A stretch of 64,000 nucleotides of DNA from Cenarchaeum sp. GTDB lineage: Archaea > Thermoproteota > Nitrososphaeria > Nitrososphaerales > Nitrosopumilaceae. The stretch covers positions 160,001 to 224,000 of the forward strand of contig OZ242221.1 of NCBI GenBank assembly GCA_965206845.1, in the 5' to 3' direction. Positions 8,801 through 17,837 of this stretch are shown one piece after another (position 1 is the first letter of the stretch; the number at the start of each line of letters is the position of its first letter). The position numbers and the translations under genes are program-made. The notes below the pieces were generated by a model. That model had not been told where the DNA came from, ran no database searches, and worked only from the letters and a program-made list of their open reading frames with translations.

Positions 8801-10486
8801 AACGCCATCGTCGTAGACCGACGCGACGAGGGCATACGTCCCAGCTCCTATTGTGGCAACGGCAATGCCCCTAGCCCCGCGAAGCTCGTCAAAGCCATCC
8901 CGACCATCGGTTGCAGACGCCACGGCGGCCGGTGGAACAAACATGTACTCCAAGGCGTCGTCATATGCGGCCGGGATAACCGGTAGCCCGACAGGCGACA
9001 GTGGGTTGCCTGCAGCATCGGTAATGCCGTGGTCGGCAGAGACGTTTATGACAACCGGGAGGTTCGCGGGCACGGGATCGAAGATAAGGGTAACGGTGCT
9101 GTCGTTGTTGTCGGTTGCCGCTCCCACTGTCACGGAAGATCCGCCCGAGTCGGTGACGGCAAAGTCATCTCGGGTAATCCCGCCGAGGTGTTCGGAGAAC
9201 GTCAGGACGACCCTGGACGGGGATCGGGCAACCGCAGAGACTAGTGCCGGCGCCTCGCCGTCATGGGCAAGTGAGATTATCTGGATGCCGTCACCTGTGG
9301 ATGATGCGACAATGGCGTACGCTGCAGAATTTACTGTGACAGCGGTTATGTCAGCCGCGCCGTCGAGCCTGTCAAACCCACCCGCGCCGTCGGTCGCAGA
9401 CGCAACGGCGGACGGGTCGGATGGATCCGTGACGTTGATCATCTGTACACCGTCGTCGTGTAGCGATGAGACTAGAACATACGTCAAGGAGTCGATTGTG
9501 ATTGTGGCAATGCCGTGCGCCCCGTCAAGCTCGTCAAACCCGCCCTCGCCGTCGGTTGCTGATGCCACGGTGGCCGGGCTGGCAGGATCCGTGACGTTGA
9601 TTATCTGGATGCCGTCGTCCCAGTGTGATGCGACAAGGGCGTACGTTGAGAGGCCGACTGCGACAACGGTAATGTCGTGCACGCCGTCAAGCCCGTCAAA
9701 TTCACCTTTACCATCGGTTACCGATGCCACGGCGGCCGGACGGGTAGGATCCGTGATGTTGATTATCTGGATGCCGTCGTCGGTAAACGACGCGACGAGC
9801 GCATAAGTCTTGGCGCCGATCCTTGCGGTGGCGACGGCGCTTGCGCCGTCAAGCTCGTCAAACTCGCCCACACCATCGGTGGCAGACGCTACGGCGACCG
9901 GACGGGCAGGATTCGTGATATCGATTATCTGGATGCCGTCATCGGTAAACGACGCGACAAGCGCATAAGTTCTGGCACCAATTTTTGCCGTGTCGATGCC
10001 CCGCGCGCCGGCAAGCACGTCAAACCCGTCCACACCATCGGTGGCAGACGCTACGGCGACCGGACGGGCAGGATTCGTGATATCGATTATCTGGATGCCG
10101 TCATCGGTAAACGACGCGACAAGGGCGTACGTTCCGGCGCCGATCGCAACAGTAGCAATATCTGACGCGTTGTCAAGCTCGTCAAATCCATCCACACCAT
10201 CGGTGACAGATGCGGCGGCTACCGGGCGGGCAGGATCCGTGATATCGATTATCTGGATGCCGTCATCAGCGTATGATGCCACAAGGATGTACGTCTTGGT
10301 GCCAACCGTGACGGTGGCAGTGCCCCACGCTCCATCAAGCTCGTCAAACCCACCTTCCCCGTCGGCTGCGGACGCCACAGCCGACAGGCCTGGGGGGTCG
10401 GGTGTGGCAAACGCGCCACCCGGCAGTCCCGCCAGCATCAGAGCAGACGTTAGCAGTAGACAGGCCTTTGCTGTTATGATCTGCAT
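5828..10486 (-). CDS. Giant secreted LVIVD-repeat protein: 3 x (7-blade propeller + Ig-like module)
   Basis: Signal peptide; 21 repeats of about 54 aa (DGxxGFDELxGA...YALVAS..DDGVQIIDITDP) in three blocks of 7, each followed by a LTFSE/ITFSK...GNP Ig-like segment. Confidence 0.88.
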   Translation of the reverse strand: MQIITAKACLLLTSALMLAGLPGGAFATPDPPGLSAVASAADGEGGFDELDGAWGTATVTVGTKTYILVASYADDGIQIIDITDPARPVAAASVTDGVDGFDELDNASDIATVAIGAGTYALVASFTDDGIQIIDITNPARPVAVASATDGVDGFDVLAGARGIDTAKIGARTYALVASFTDDGIQIIDITNPARPVAVASATDGVGEFDELDGASAVATARIGAKTYALVASFTDDGIQIINITDPTRPAAVASVTDGKGEFDGLDGVHDITVVAVGLSTYALVASHWDDGIQIINVTDPASPATVASATDGEGGFDELDGAHGIATITIDSLTYVLVSSLHDDGVQMINVTDPSDPSAVASATDGAGGFDRLDGAADITAVTVNSAAYAIVASSTGDGIQIISLAHDGEAPALVSAVARSPSRVVLTFSEHLGGITRDDFAVTDSGGSSVTVGAATDNNDSTVTLIFDPVPANLPVVINVSADHGITDAAGNPLSPVGLPVIPAAYDDALEYMFVPPAAVASATDGRDGFDELRGARGIAVATIGAGTYALVASVYDDGVQIIDITDPSSPAATASVADIAGFTRLVGARGITTVTDGALTYALVASYWDSSVQIINVTDPFNPATVASATDGMGRFDELDGAADIVAVTIGARTYALVASYADDGVQIIDVTDPSSPAATASVTDGEGGFDELAGARGIAAVTIGASTYALVASYADDGVQIIDITNPSSPAAVSSVSDRIGGFDELAGASGITTVTIDSSTYALVASEYDSGVQIIDITNASDPVAVSSVSDDRDGFDELAGARGIAAVAIGSSTYAFVASATDGGVQVIDITNPFSPTAVASAIDGEDGFDGLGGASDIATVAIGTKLYALVASEMDNAIQIIDIAHPSPPEFLSATLDEVTGILAITFSKPISSTGVDLAKLFISDVGETDRIALAGAATIASSDPATITVRLTELQRRSVITLDTAQLDIASSAVAGTDDNPIDASPDRAIDITVTDTTIPISPTPASAVDDADAGFTNLGGACGVAIIGIGSGTYSIVTGSTDNGIQIINITDPFAPAAVSSASDEEEGFTELDGACGIATARIGDSAYALVASEDDDGVQIIDITDPSSPVAVAAMTDGEEGFTELDGAAGIAIAGIGGSMYALVASGNDDGVQIIDITDPSSPVAVAAMTDGEGGFTELDGAAGIAIAGIGGSMYALVASGNDDGVQIINITDPSSPAAASSVGDGKDGFMELDGACGVATARIGDFVYALVTSRSGDGVQIINITDPSSPAAASSVGDGKDGFMELDGACGIAIANVGSITYALVASEDDDGVQIIDITDPSGPVAVAALTDGEGGFTELDGAAGIATAWIGSDAYAVVSGTVDDGVQIIALTADTTAPGFSSAALIGVTGVLTITFSEPIDSVSVSNIDLTRLFISDLDQENQIPLEGAIITTIAYTDTINVTLTETQRQSAVSLAIPQLDISSSAVTDPTGNPIDASSDNPIAIMVIVSKTSDMPHHSGGISSARALADVDPRENDPSNDGPSPGFNDDIDSGSNVIDC

Positions 10487-11047
10487 GGCATCACCCGTTA
10501 GACGGATCCCGCGATCCTGTCGGCACTAGGTGCGGTGATGCGTCTTGAATGCCTGCGCGTTCCTGTTGTGGCCGCCCACCTGGATCCTGCAGGATCCATT
10601 CCGATACAACCAGGAAATGCAAGACAGAGCCAGCTCTGATCTGGTCTGTGCTGCCCTGCCAGAACCCGTGAAGGCCTGTCCCAAGAGTAGAGAATGTGCA
10701 AAACAATGGGTGCTGTGTACAATACTGCAAGGCCGGATCAATCATGCGTTGTATAATACGCATATGACTCTTGTGTGAGTGGAAGCTCAGATGACGGCCC
10801 TTGGACGCCATTTGTGTATTTTGCTGCCTACAGCATTCCGATCAAAGATCCGCAGAGCTGATCCGACAGATCGTCGCACATGCCAAGGCCCAGTGTGAAG
10901 CACTCGGCTTGGCCAGAAGGCGCTCTGCAGTCTTTTGATCTCCAACCATATCGCTGCCCAGGCACAGAACGCAGCTCGCTTTCACAGCTGAAAACGGCAT
11001 AGACAGCGCTCAGCACACACCAGATGGTTCGGCGGCTGGCAAAGGTG

Positions 11048-11134
11048 TTGTTTCTAAATTCGGGTTTAGAAACATGTGAATATTTGACTGGTTGCCAGTG
11101 TGGATGATATTTCTAAATTCGGGTTTAGAAACAT
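11048..11134. repeat. Two 28-bp palindromic sites (11-6-11), period 59 bp
   Basis: TTGTTTCTAAA TTCGGG TTTAGAAACAT (11048-11075) and ATATTTCTAAA TTCGGG TTTAGAAACAT (11107-11134). Confidence 0.85.
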
Positions 11135-11140
11135 ACCGGG

Positions 11141-11545
11141 TTATCGGTCATTTGGCTTCGGCTCGGGCAGCACAAAGACACTGCTTGGCTTGATCCTTAA
11201 AATGATCCTTTTTTCGCCATCGCGCCTGAACGGATAGTCACGTCCCATATACTGCTGCGCAAGCCTGTCTGCATGTTTGTAGTCATAGTCTGGGATTATC
11301 TCCTCAACCGTTCCACGAACCGCCACCGTGTCAAGTGAGTTGCCACTTGATACCACGGAAACGGCCACCCTGGGATCCCGCACGACGTTTCTGTGCTTTA
11401 TCCTTCCCTCGGCAGTATTCACCAGAATGTGTCCGTCCTCGTAGTCTGCCCAGACCGGAGTGACCTGTGGGGAGCCGTCTTTCATGACAGTTGCGATAAA
11501 GACAAGGTTCTTCCCAGAAAACAACTTTACGGCCTTTTCATCCAT
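11141..11545 (-). CDS. PPOX-class F420-dependent oxidoreductase
   Basis: ATVMKDGSPQVTPVW, RIK.RN..RDPRVAVSV, RIILRIKP; start at MDEKAVK. Confidence 0.92.
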   Translation of the reverse strand: MDEKAVKLFSGKNLVFIATVMKDGSPQVTPVWADYEDGHILVNTAEGRIKHRNVVRDPRVAVSVVSSGNSLDTVAVRGTVEEIIPDYDYKHADRLAQQYMGRDYPFRRDGEKRIILRIKPSSVFVLPEPKPNDR

Positions 11546-11719
11546 TGGATTCACCGTACAGCAACCGCGCCATGCCTGTAACGGATCCATGTTTTTTATT
11601 ACTCTTTCTTATGCACCTGCCAGAAATACGCAACTGCGGGGCTCTTCGACATGTGTGCCAGTGTCCGTACCCATGCTTCATTACAAGTATATATACAGAT
11701 GCCATAAAGCTACGCACTA

Positions 11720-12205
11720 TTGGTACGCATAGGACTCATTATAGTCGTCGGTGTACTCATGGCATCCATGGGAAGCGCCCTATATGCGTACACTATCTAC
11801 CAGCCCGTCATCAAGACTGTAGACTATGGCAAACCTGTACGTGTAGGTCCTGTAGAGTACGTTATCACGTACGAGAAGCAGTTCGACGGGGACAAGGACA
11901 TCAAGCCGGAGCATACCTTTTTCCAGATACGAATCGATGCAAAGAACCTAGCCCAGGAGCCTACCCCGATCAGCGGAATACAGTTTGTCCTGATCGATGA
12001 AAACGGAACCAGGAGCAGTCCCGTTCACGGCGGTTTCTCCAGCGAGGATCTGCTGTTCCACACGCTTACCCCGCAGAACACTGCCACGTTCACCACCCAG
12101 TTTGACATCCCAATCGACGAAGATGCCACATACTACGTGGGAATCCAGCCAAGAAAGGAGCAGTCCTCACGGGACATTGGCAATATCTGCGTCCTCAACT
12201 GCTAG
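11720..12205 (+). CDS. Membrane-anchored DUF4352-like protein
   Basis: N-terminal TM segment, Ig-like body, C-terminal ICVLNC. Confidence 0.75.
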   Translation: MVRIGLIIVVGVLMASMGSALYAYTIYQPVIKTVDYGKPVRVGPVEYVITYEKQFDGDKDIKPEHTFFQIRIDAKNLAQEPTPISGIQFVLIDENGTRSSPVHGGFSSEDLLFHTLTPQNTATFTTQFDIPIDEDATYYVGIQPRKEQSSRDIGNICVLNC

Positions 12206-12373
12206 GCCTACCGCCAGTTGTACAGTATGACGGCAGCGGCCAGTCCAAGAAGCACAAATCCGATCCACCAAGGCACGTTTTTTGGCTTGCCCGACGAAAA
12301 GATGGAGCCTTTTCCACTGTTCGGGCGCATGCCACACAATACACGCCAAATGATTTAACGGTTGACATAAACA

Positions 12374-12568
12374 CCATTTCTAAACTCGAGATTAGAAATG
12401 TTGTAAACACCATCCTGGCAAGCTGCTGGCGCGGGCAATATTTCCAAACTCGAGACTAGAGGCATCGCTGCGTCATACGGGACCCCACCAGACATGAATG
12501 GCACCCCACACACTAGGATCAGGAGCTGCTGGCGCGAATAATATTTCCAAGCTCGAGATTGGAAACAT
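12374..12568. repeat. Three further 28-bp palindromic sites of the same family
   Basis: CCATTTCTAAA CTCGAG ATTAGAAATGT (12374), ATATTTCCAAA CTCGAG ACTAGAGGCAT (12438), ATATTTCCAAG CTCGAG ATTGGAAACAT (12541); the last two share an upstream AGCTGCTGGCGCG. Confidence 0.8.
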
Positions 12569-12615
12569 TACGGAATCGTGCTACATTACTGGACGTGCTG
12601 CGCTTCGGCATTTCC

Positions 12616-15600
12616 CTATTCGGGTGCTATGGCCACGTAAGCAGGAGGTATGTCTGCAACATTTACCGGGGATGATGGATCAGATATGTCAACTATTGGG
12701 GAGTTGATGCCATCCCGCATCAGGGACAGTACAAGAGTGTAGGAGTCCGTCTGCACTACATCGACGTCGATTACTCCGTAGATGGTGGTACCGCCAAGAC
12801 CAGTACCCGTCACGCTCAGGCCTACGGGGGATTCTGGATCTGTAATGTCGATTATCTGGAAGCTGTCCTTCTTACTTGAGGCCACTACGTACGCGCCGTC
12901 TCCTATGAGCACAGTATGCACGCTCTCGACTGCGTTCATGTAAGTGCCCGTCTCATGCCCCTGCAGGCTGGAGAGCCGGACCGGGTTGTACGGATCCGAG
13001 ATGTCCACTATGATGACGGCATCCATCCGGTAGCCCACCGCTACCAACAGTGTCTGCTCACCCACCTTTATGGTGTCCGAGTCCGTAACAGAGTACAGTA
13101 GATCGTATCCCCCCTCCCCGCCTCGGATTATAGATGCAGGTCGTGGGTCTACAGGGTTGGTGATGTCGATTATCTGTACGCTGCTGTCTCCAAAGCTTGA
13201 CACTACGGCAAACGTTCTGCTCCCTATTTTCACAGTATCGACATCCTCGGCACCGATAAGCTCAAAGCCATTCTCGCCGTGTCCGACAGTGGCGATCGAG
13301 AACGGCGCCGTTGGATCGTTCATGTATATCACGTGAAACGTATTGTCAAACGGTGACGCCGTTACGGCATACCACACATCGGAGATCTTGACCAGCTCCA
13401 CATCCACCGGACTGGCAAGCCTGTCAAAGCTCCCTTCCCCGTCCCGTATGACAGATACCGGCACCGGCCTTGCAGGGTCACTCACATCCACCACCTGTAT
13501 CACGCTGTCCCGGAACCCGGCCACCAATGCGTACTGCCTGCCGTCTATTGCCCCCACATCGATTGCAGCAGGCCCTGCCACCTCAAATCCATCGTGTCCG
13601 TCCCGGATCGTGTATACCGGAACGGGCCGGGTCGGGTCGGTGATCTCAGTTACGCGGATCACGTCCTGCGAGTATACAGACGAGAGCGCGTACGTCCGGC
13701 CATCCGCCGTCACCGACTCTACTCCCTCAGGCCCGAATAGCTGCCATACGCTGTCCGGTCCTGAGACCAAGGCAGATACGGATATGGGAGATGACGGGTT
13801 CGTTATATCCACTATCTGCATGCTGTCCCCAAACGTGTTGATCACCACAGCATAGGCGCGCCCCTCCGTCGAGACGACCGATACGTCCACCGGACCGGAC
13901 AGATCCTCAAAGGTGTTGGGTCCGTTTACCATCGCAGAGACTGCCACCGGCGATGCCGGATCCGAGATGTCAATTATCTGCACAGAGTTGCCGGGCTCGC
14001 TTGTTACCAGCGCGTAGGTGCTGCCGGCGATGGCTGCCACATCCAGACTCTTTGAGCCCACCATGTGGACTATGCCGCCTTGGTCGTTTTGGAGCTGGGA
14101 GGCCATAACCGGCGAGTAGGGGTCAGATATGTCTATTACAGTAACCGTGTCGTCATAAGATCCCACCACCACTGCATAAGTGCCGTCTCCGATCCTGGCC
14201 GTCTGGACATCCTGGATCCCGCCGATCTCGTAGCCGTCCTGTCCATCAAATATGGAGGCTGCCGGAACAGGAGAGAGTATATCAGTAATGTCTGTTATCT
14301 GTAGCGCCTCGTCGTAATAGCCAGTTGACAGGATGTAGGTGGAGCCGTCGATGGAAGCTGTATCGATTCTGAGGGTACCTGTGAGTGCATCAAAGCCGTA
14401 CTGGTCGTCGTGCATGGATATCACAGGTTCTGGAACATGCGGATCGGTAATGTCGATTATCTGTATGCCGTTCTCATAGTGGCTCGATACGACAGCATAC
14501 GTACTCTGACCCATCTCCACGGCGACAATGTGAGCAGGCGCAAACAGCGTTTCAAGGTCGCCCACACTGCTGACCAGCGCTGGTTTTGCGGGCTCGGTCA
14601 CGTCCAGTATCGCCACGGTGTTGCTGCGGATGTTTGGGATCAGGGCATAGGTGCTGCCGCCGATCTCCGCTATCTCCACATCGTTTGGACCGTAAAACTC
14701 CCCATACCCGTACTGGCCCCCGGTTATGCCGGCAACCGGTGTCGGGCTTGATGGATCCGTAATGTCGACAATTTCAATGGCATTGGCTGCAAAGTTTGCA
14801 ACCATGGCATACAGGCGGCCATCTATGGTAACAGTGTCCATACCAACCGGGTCGTAGAGGCCCGTGCCGTCCCGCACATATGCTGGGATCGGGGATTGCG
14901 GGTTGGTGACATCCAGCATGAACATGGTCTTGCCTGCCAGCATTACCCAGAGTCTGCCGTCTGATGACACTCCGCTTATGCCGTCAAAGCTGTTGGCATC
15001 AAACAGATCGGTGCCTGACAGGTAGAGTGGGGAGGCCGGATCGGCGATATCCACCACGTGTATCCGCTGGGAGTCCAGTATCAGGGCATAGGATCTTCCG
15101 TCTGCGGCAAGTATGTCCATGTCAGTTATCCCGGCAAACCCGTACTCCATTACAGTTATCGGGGCCGGAGCGGAGGGATCCGAGAGATCCGCTACCTGTA
15201 CGGCGTCGGTGCCGGCAATGAGTGCAAGGGCGCTCTCCCCGGTCACCAAGATCTCGATATCCACCAGATCGGTAATCGCCTCAAAGCCGTACTGGCCGTG
15301 CCTGATGACGGACTTGGCAGACGGGTCGAGTGGATCGGTAAAGTCTGCCACTTGGACGGCATCGACGCTTGAGACCAACACGTATGTCCTATCGCCTATG
15401 GAAAACTGCTCTATCTCCTGTCCTTCCTCTAGAGCAAAGAAGCTCCACACTCCGTCCCTGATCTCTCCTACAGGCGCCGGGGCTTTCGGATCCGTCACAT
15501 CAACTATCTGAACCGTGTCACCTGCAGTCAGCAGTGCATACGAGCCGCCGCCGGTCTGGATGACCTCGATGTCTGACACGGCAAGCTCCCCTGCCGTCCC

Positions 15601-15915
15601 AGGCAGAACCGACACGGTTGCCGGCCAGTATGGCTCTGCGATGTCCACTACGTGCAGGGTGCTGTTTTCTGAGCTGACCGCAAGCAGGTAGGGGCGTCCG
15701 TCTATGTATGATATCTGCATGTCTGCTGCCTCGAACCCGGATATCTCTGCCACCTTCAGGGGGGTGTGTGGCAGCGTGACATCCATTACCCTGATCGGCC
15801 CGTCGCCTGCAAGGGCGTAGGTGCGACCATCTGCCTCCAGCACGGTCTCGGCGTGGGCCGCTGCCGGCATCGCGGCGACTGCCAGCAGCAGGATCGCAGC
15901 AACAAAAGTCCTCAC
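12616..15915 (-). CDS. Second secreted LVIVD-repeat protein (21 divergent blades)
   Basis: GTG start at 15915 gives signal peptide VRTFVAAILLLAVAAMPAAAHA; 21 recognisable (I/V)xxxD(I/V)xDPxxP units. Confidence 0.85.
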   Translation of the reverse strand: MRTFVAAILLLAVAAMPAAAHAETVLEADGRTYALAGDGPIRVMDVTLPHTPLKVAEISGFEAADMQISYIDGRPYLLAVSSENSTLHVVDIAEPYWPATVSVLPGTAGELAVSDIEVIQTGGGSYALLTAGDTVQIVDVTDPKAPAPVGEIRDGVWSFFALEEGQEIEQFSIGDRTYVLVSSVDAVQVADFTDPLDPSAKSVIRHGQYGFEAITDLVDIEILVTGESALALIAGTDAVQVADLSDPSAPAPITVMEYGFAGITDMDILAADGRSYALILDSQRIHVVDIADPASPLYLSGTDLFDANSFDGISGVSSDGRLWVMLAGKTMFMLDVTNPQSPIPAYVRDGTGLYDPVGMDTVTIDGRLYAMVANFAANAIEIVDITDPSSPTPVAGITGGQYGYGEFYGPNDVEIAEIGGSTYALIPNIRSNTVAILDVTEPAKPALVSSVGDLETLFAPAHIVAVEMGQSTYAVVSSHYENGIQIIDITDPHVPEPVISMHDDQYGFDALTGTLRIDTASIDGSTYILSTGYYDEALQITDITDILSPVPAASIFDGQDGYEIGGIQDVQTARIGDGTYAVVVGSYDDTVTVIDISDPYSPVMASQLQNDQGGIVHMVGSKSLDVAAIAGSTYALVTSEPGNSVQIIDISDPASPVAVSAMVNGPNTFEDLSGPVDVSVVSTEGRAYAVVINTFGDSMQIVDITNPSSPISVSALVSGPDSVWQLFGPEGVESVTADGRTYALSSVYSQDVIRVTEITDPTRPVPVYTIRDGHDGFEVAGPAAIDVGAIDGRQYALVAGFRDSVIQVVDVSDPARPVPVSVIRDGEGSFDRLASPVDVELVKISDVWYAVTASPFDNTFHVIYMNDPTAPFSIATVGHGENGFELIGAEDVDTVKIGSRTFAVVSSFGDSSVQIIDITNPVDPRPASIIRGGEGGYDLLYSVTDSDTIKVGEQTLLVAVGYRMDAVIIVDISDPYNPVRLSSLQGHETGTYMNAVESVHTVLIGDGAYVVASSKKDSFQIIDITDPESPVGLSVTGTGLGGTTIYGVIDVDVVQTDSYTLVLSLMRDGINSPIVDISDPSSPVNVADIPPAYVAIAPE

Positions 15916-16010
15916 GGGTATGGGTTGCAGATATAATGCTATTATATTTGTCGGCTCTGTCGCATTATTTGTCTCCGCCAGGTAATTATATCCCCGGCGA
16001 TCCCGCGTGT

Positions 16011-16378
16011 GTGAACCGCACACTAGTTGGAATCATTGCTGGCCTGGTGATAGCAATCGCAGGGCATACTTTGTTGAAGCCACAGAGGAGCTGCTTGAAG
16101 AACAGGGCATGGTTAAAGGCCCGCTCTTTTTGATTGCAGCGATAGCGTATGTTATAGTCGCGGTTTGGCTGCCCGTAAAAAGGAGCATCGCGCCAACAGT
16201 TGTAGCGCTGGCCGGAACCATGGGCCTAGCAGTGCCGTATGCTATAACAAGAGCCGATCCGGCTGCGGCGTTTGGAATGGAGACAGAATGCATCGGACAC
16301 CCCGGAATGGCCTCAAAGATCATTCAAGTTGGAGTTGTCCTAAGCACTGCGACAGCATTGCCTCAAGGAAAAAAATAG
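16011..16378 (+). pseudogene. Frameshifted multi-TM membrane protein
   Basis: VNRTLVGIIAGLVIAIAG in one frame continues as YFVEATEELLEE...SKIIQVGVV in another; shift at about 16065. Confidence 0.6.
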
Positions 16379-16826
16379 GCGCAAGACTGCTTCCGTGAAG
16401 CTGCCTTGAATGCAAGTACGGGAGTGTGCGCAACCGACCAACTCACAGCGGGCTGCAAAGTCTTTTCTTGAAAACCGGCCCAGCTGAAGCATGTTGTACA
16501 CAAAATTCCATTCAATGCGGTCCCGGACGCGTCTCACTCCAGAGACTTGGTTCGTAATTAGCGCTCGGGCATAAAATAGCGCAATTTTCGGCATAATCGC
16601 GTAAAATTTGCTTATTTGAAAATGCACCTCTGTAAGAGTTGGACGAAAAAGACTTGGTTTTTAACTGCGGATCGTGCCTCAGGCAAGCGAGCCATTCCTG
16701 GATTAAATCACCGAATCGTGTGTGGGGCTTGGGTACCGTACGCAGCCTCGGATCAGCCGGCCCGGAATCGGGACGGTTGGGAATGTGTGCTTGGCGCAGG
16801 TGGGGCTTGGCAGAAACCGGATGCCC

Positions 16827-17363
16827 TCAGGAGGTAGACCGCTTTGCCGCCTTGGGCTTTGGGTCACGCTTCTCAATTAGGCTTGTCATTGCTCTGTTGA
16901 CTATCTCCATCATTACATACTGGGAGTAGGCCTTGTCTGCCTTTTTGCTTCTGGTGCCGCGCGCCGTCTCCGTTGCAAGTGTCTGGAACACGTTCTCCAG
17001 CCTCTCGGCGGTACTCTTGATGGTCGTTGCATACTTGACGCCAAAATCCTTTGGTGTGCCGTATTCTAATAATTTGATCGAGGTGCCATAGTACTTTGTT
17101 ATGGCACCCCGAGTCTCCTGTATTTTTACTATTTCGATCAGACCAGTCTCCTTTAAAACTTCCAAATGATGTCTAATCGTCGTGGTTGCCTTTTTGTAAC
17201 CTGATTTGAGTAGATTGTTTGCAATCTGTTCGGTCGAAAGGGACTTTCGGTACAGGACTTCGAGTATTTTTACACGCACAGGGTCTTCCAACGCGTGTGC
17301 GTGAACTAGACTAGTCGTCACAGTTCTGCATACTTGGACTGGTCTGTCTAGCAGGGTCGACAT
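16827..17363 (-). CDS. ArsR-like winged-helix transcriptional regulator
   Basis: ALEDPVRVKILEVL, TTIRHHLEVLKETGLIEI, RGAITKYY. Confidence 0.9.
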   Translation of the reverse strand: MSTLLDRPVQVCRTVTTSLVHAHALEDPVRVKILEVLYRKSLSTEQIANNLLKSGYKKATTTIRHHLEVLKETGLIEIVKIQETRGAITKYYGTSIKLLEYGTPKDFGVKYATTIKSTAERLENVFQTLATETARGTRSKKADKAYSQYVMMEIVNRAMTSLIEKRDPKPKAAKRSTS

Positions 17364-17659
17364 TGTCCATACCTCCTTGGGTGTTTTAAAGTGGCCACTT
17401 GTCACATTTTGTTGTCCAAAGAGATCAAACTTTTGATCGAACTGGAGCATGGCCGTCGTAGCGATACAGGCGCCATAGGGGCCCTGCAACCTGCACTGGA
17501 CGGCGCCAGCCATCTTGTTGTGTGATATGGTGCAAACACCTGCCGCTGTAGCGGCACTGTGCAGATACAGAACCGGAGCCCACGCCTATGCGAATCCGTC
17601 ATGCCGGCACAAATGCACCAGTAACGGCGCTGCTCGTATAGCTGCAAAACAGCGTGCGC

Positions 17660-17837
17660 TGTACCGGTATGACACATGTTGTACCGGTATGATGCACGCT
17701 GCGCCCGTACGGGTTTTATCATACCGGTGCATGCCACATCATATCGGTACAGGCTACATCATACCGGTACAGGCTACATCATACCGGTACAGGCTACATC
17801 ATACCGGTACAGACCACGTCACACCGGTACAGGTTCC
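17660..17837. repeat. Phased 20-bp repeat array (2 inverted + 6 direct units)
   Basis: Consensus ATCATACCGGTACAGGCTAC; units start at 17718, 17738, 17758, 17778, 17798, 17818; inverted TGTACCGGTATGA at 17660 and 17680. Confidence 0.92.

Noticed and set aside
6207-10529. Long plus-strand ORFs opposite the LVIVD gene
   Set aside because: Antisense shadows of a repetitive GC-rich CDS.
11050-11132. Bona fide CRISPR array
   Set aside because: Only two repeats here and three degenerate ones 1.2 kb away with irregular spacing; no cas genes or leader. Kept only as an alternative explanation for the palindromes.
5828-15915. Diversity-generating retroelement acting on the repeat proteins
   Set aside because: No reverse transcriptase in the window and no adenine-specific TR/VR pair seen.
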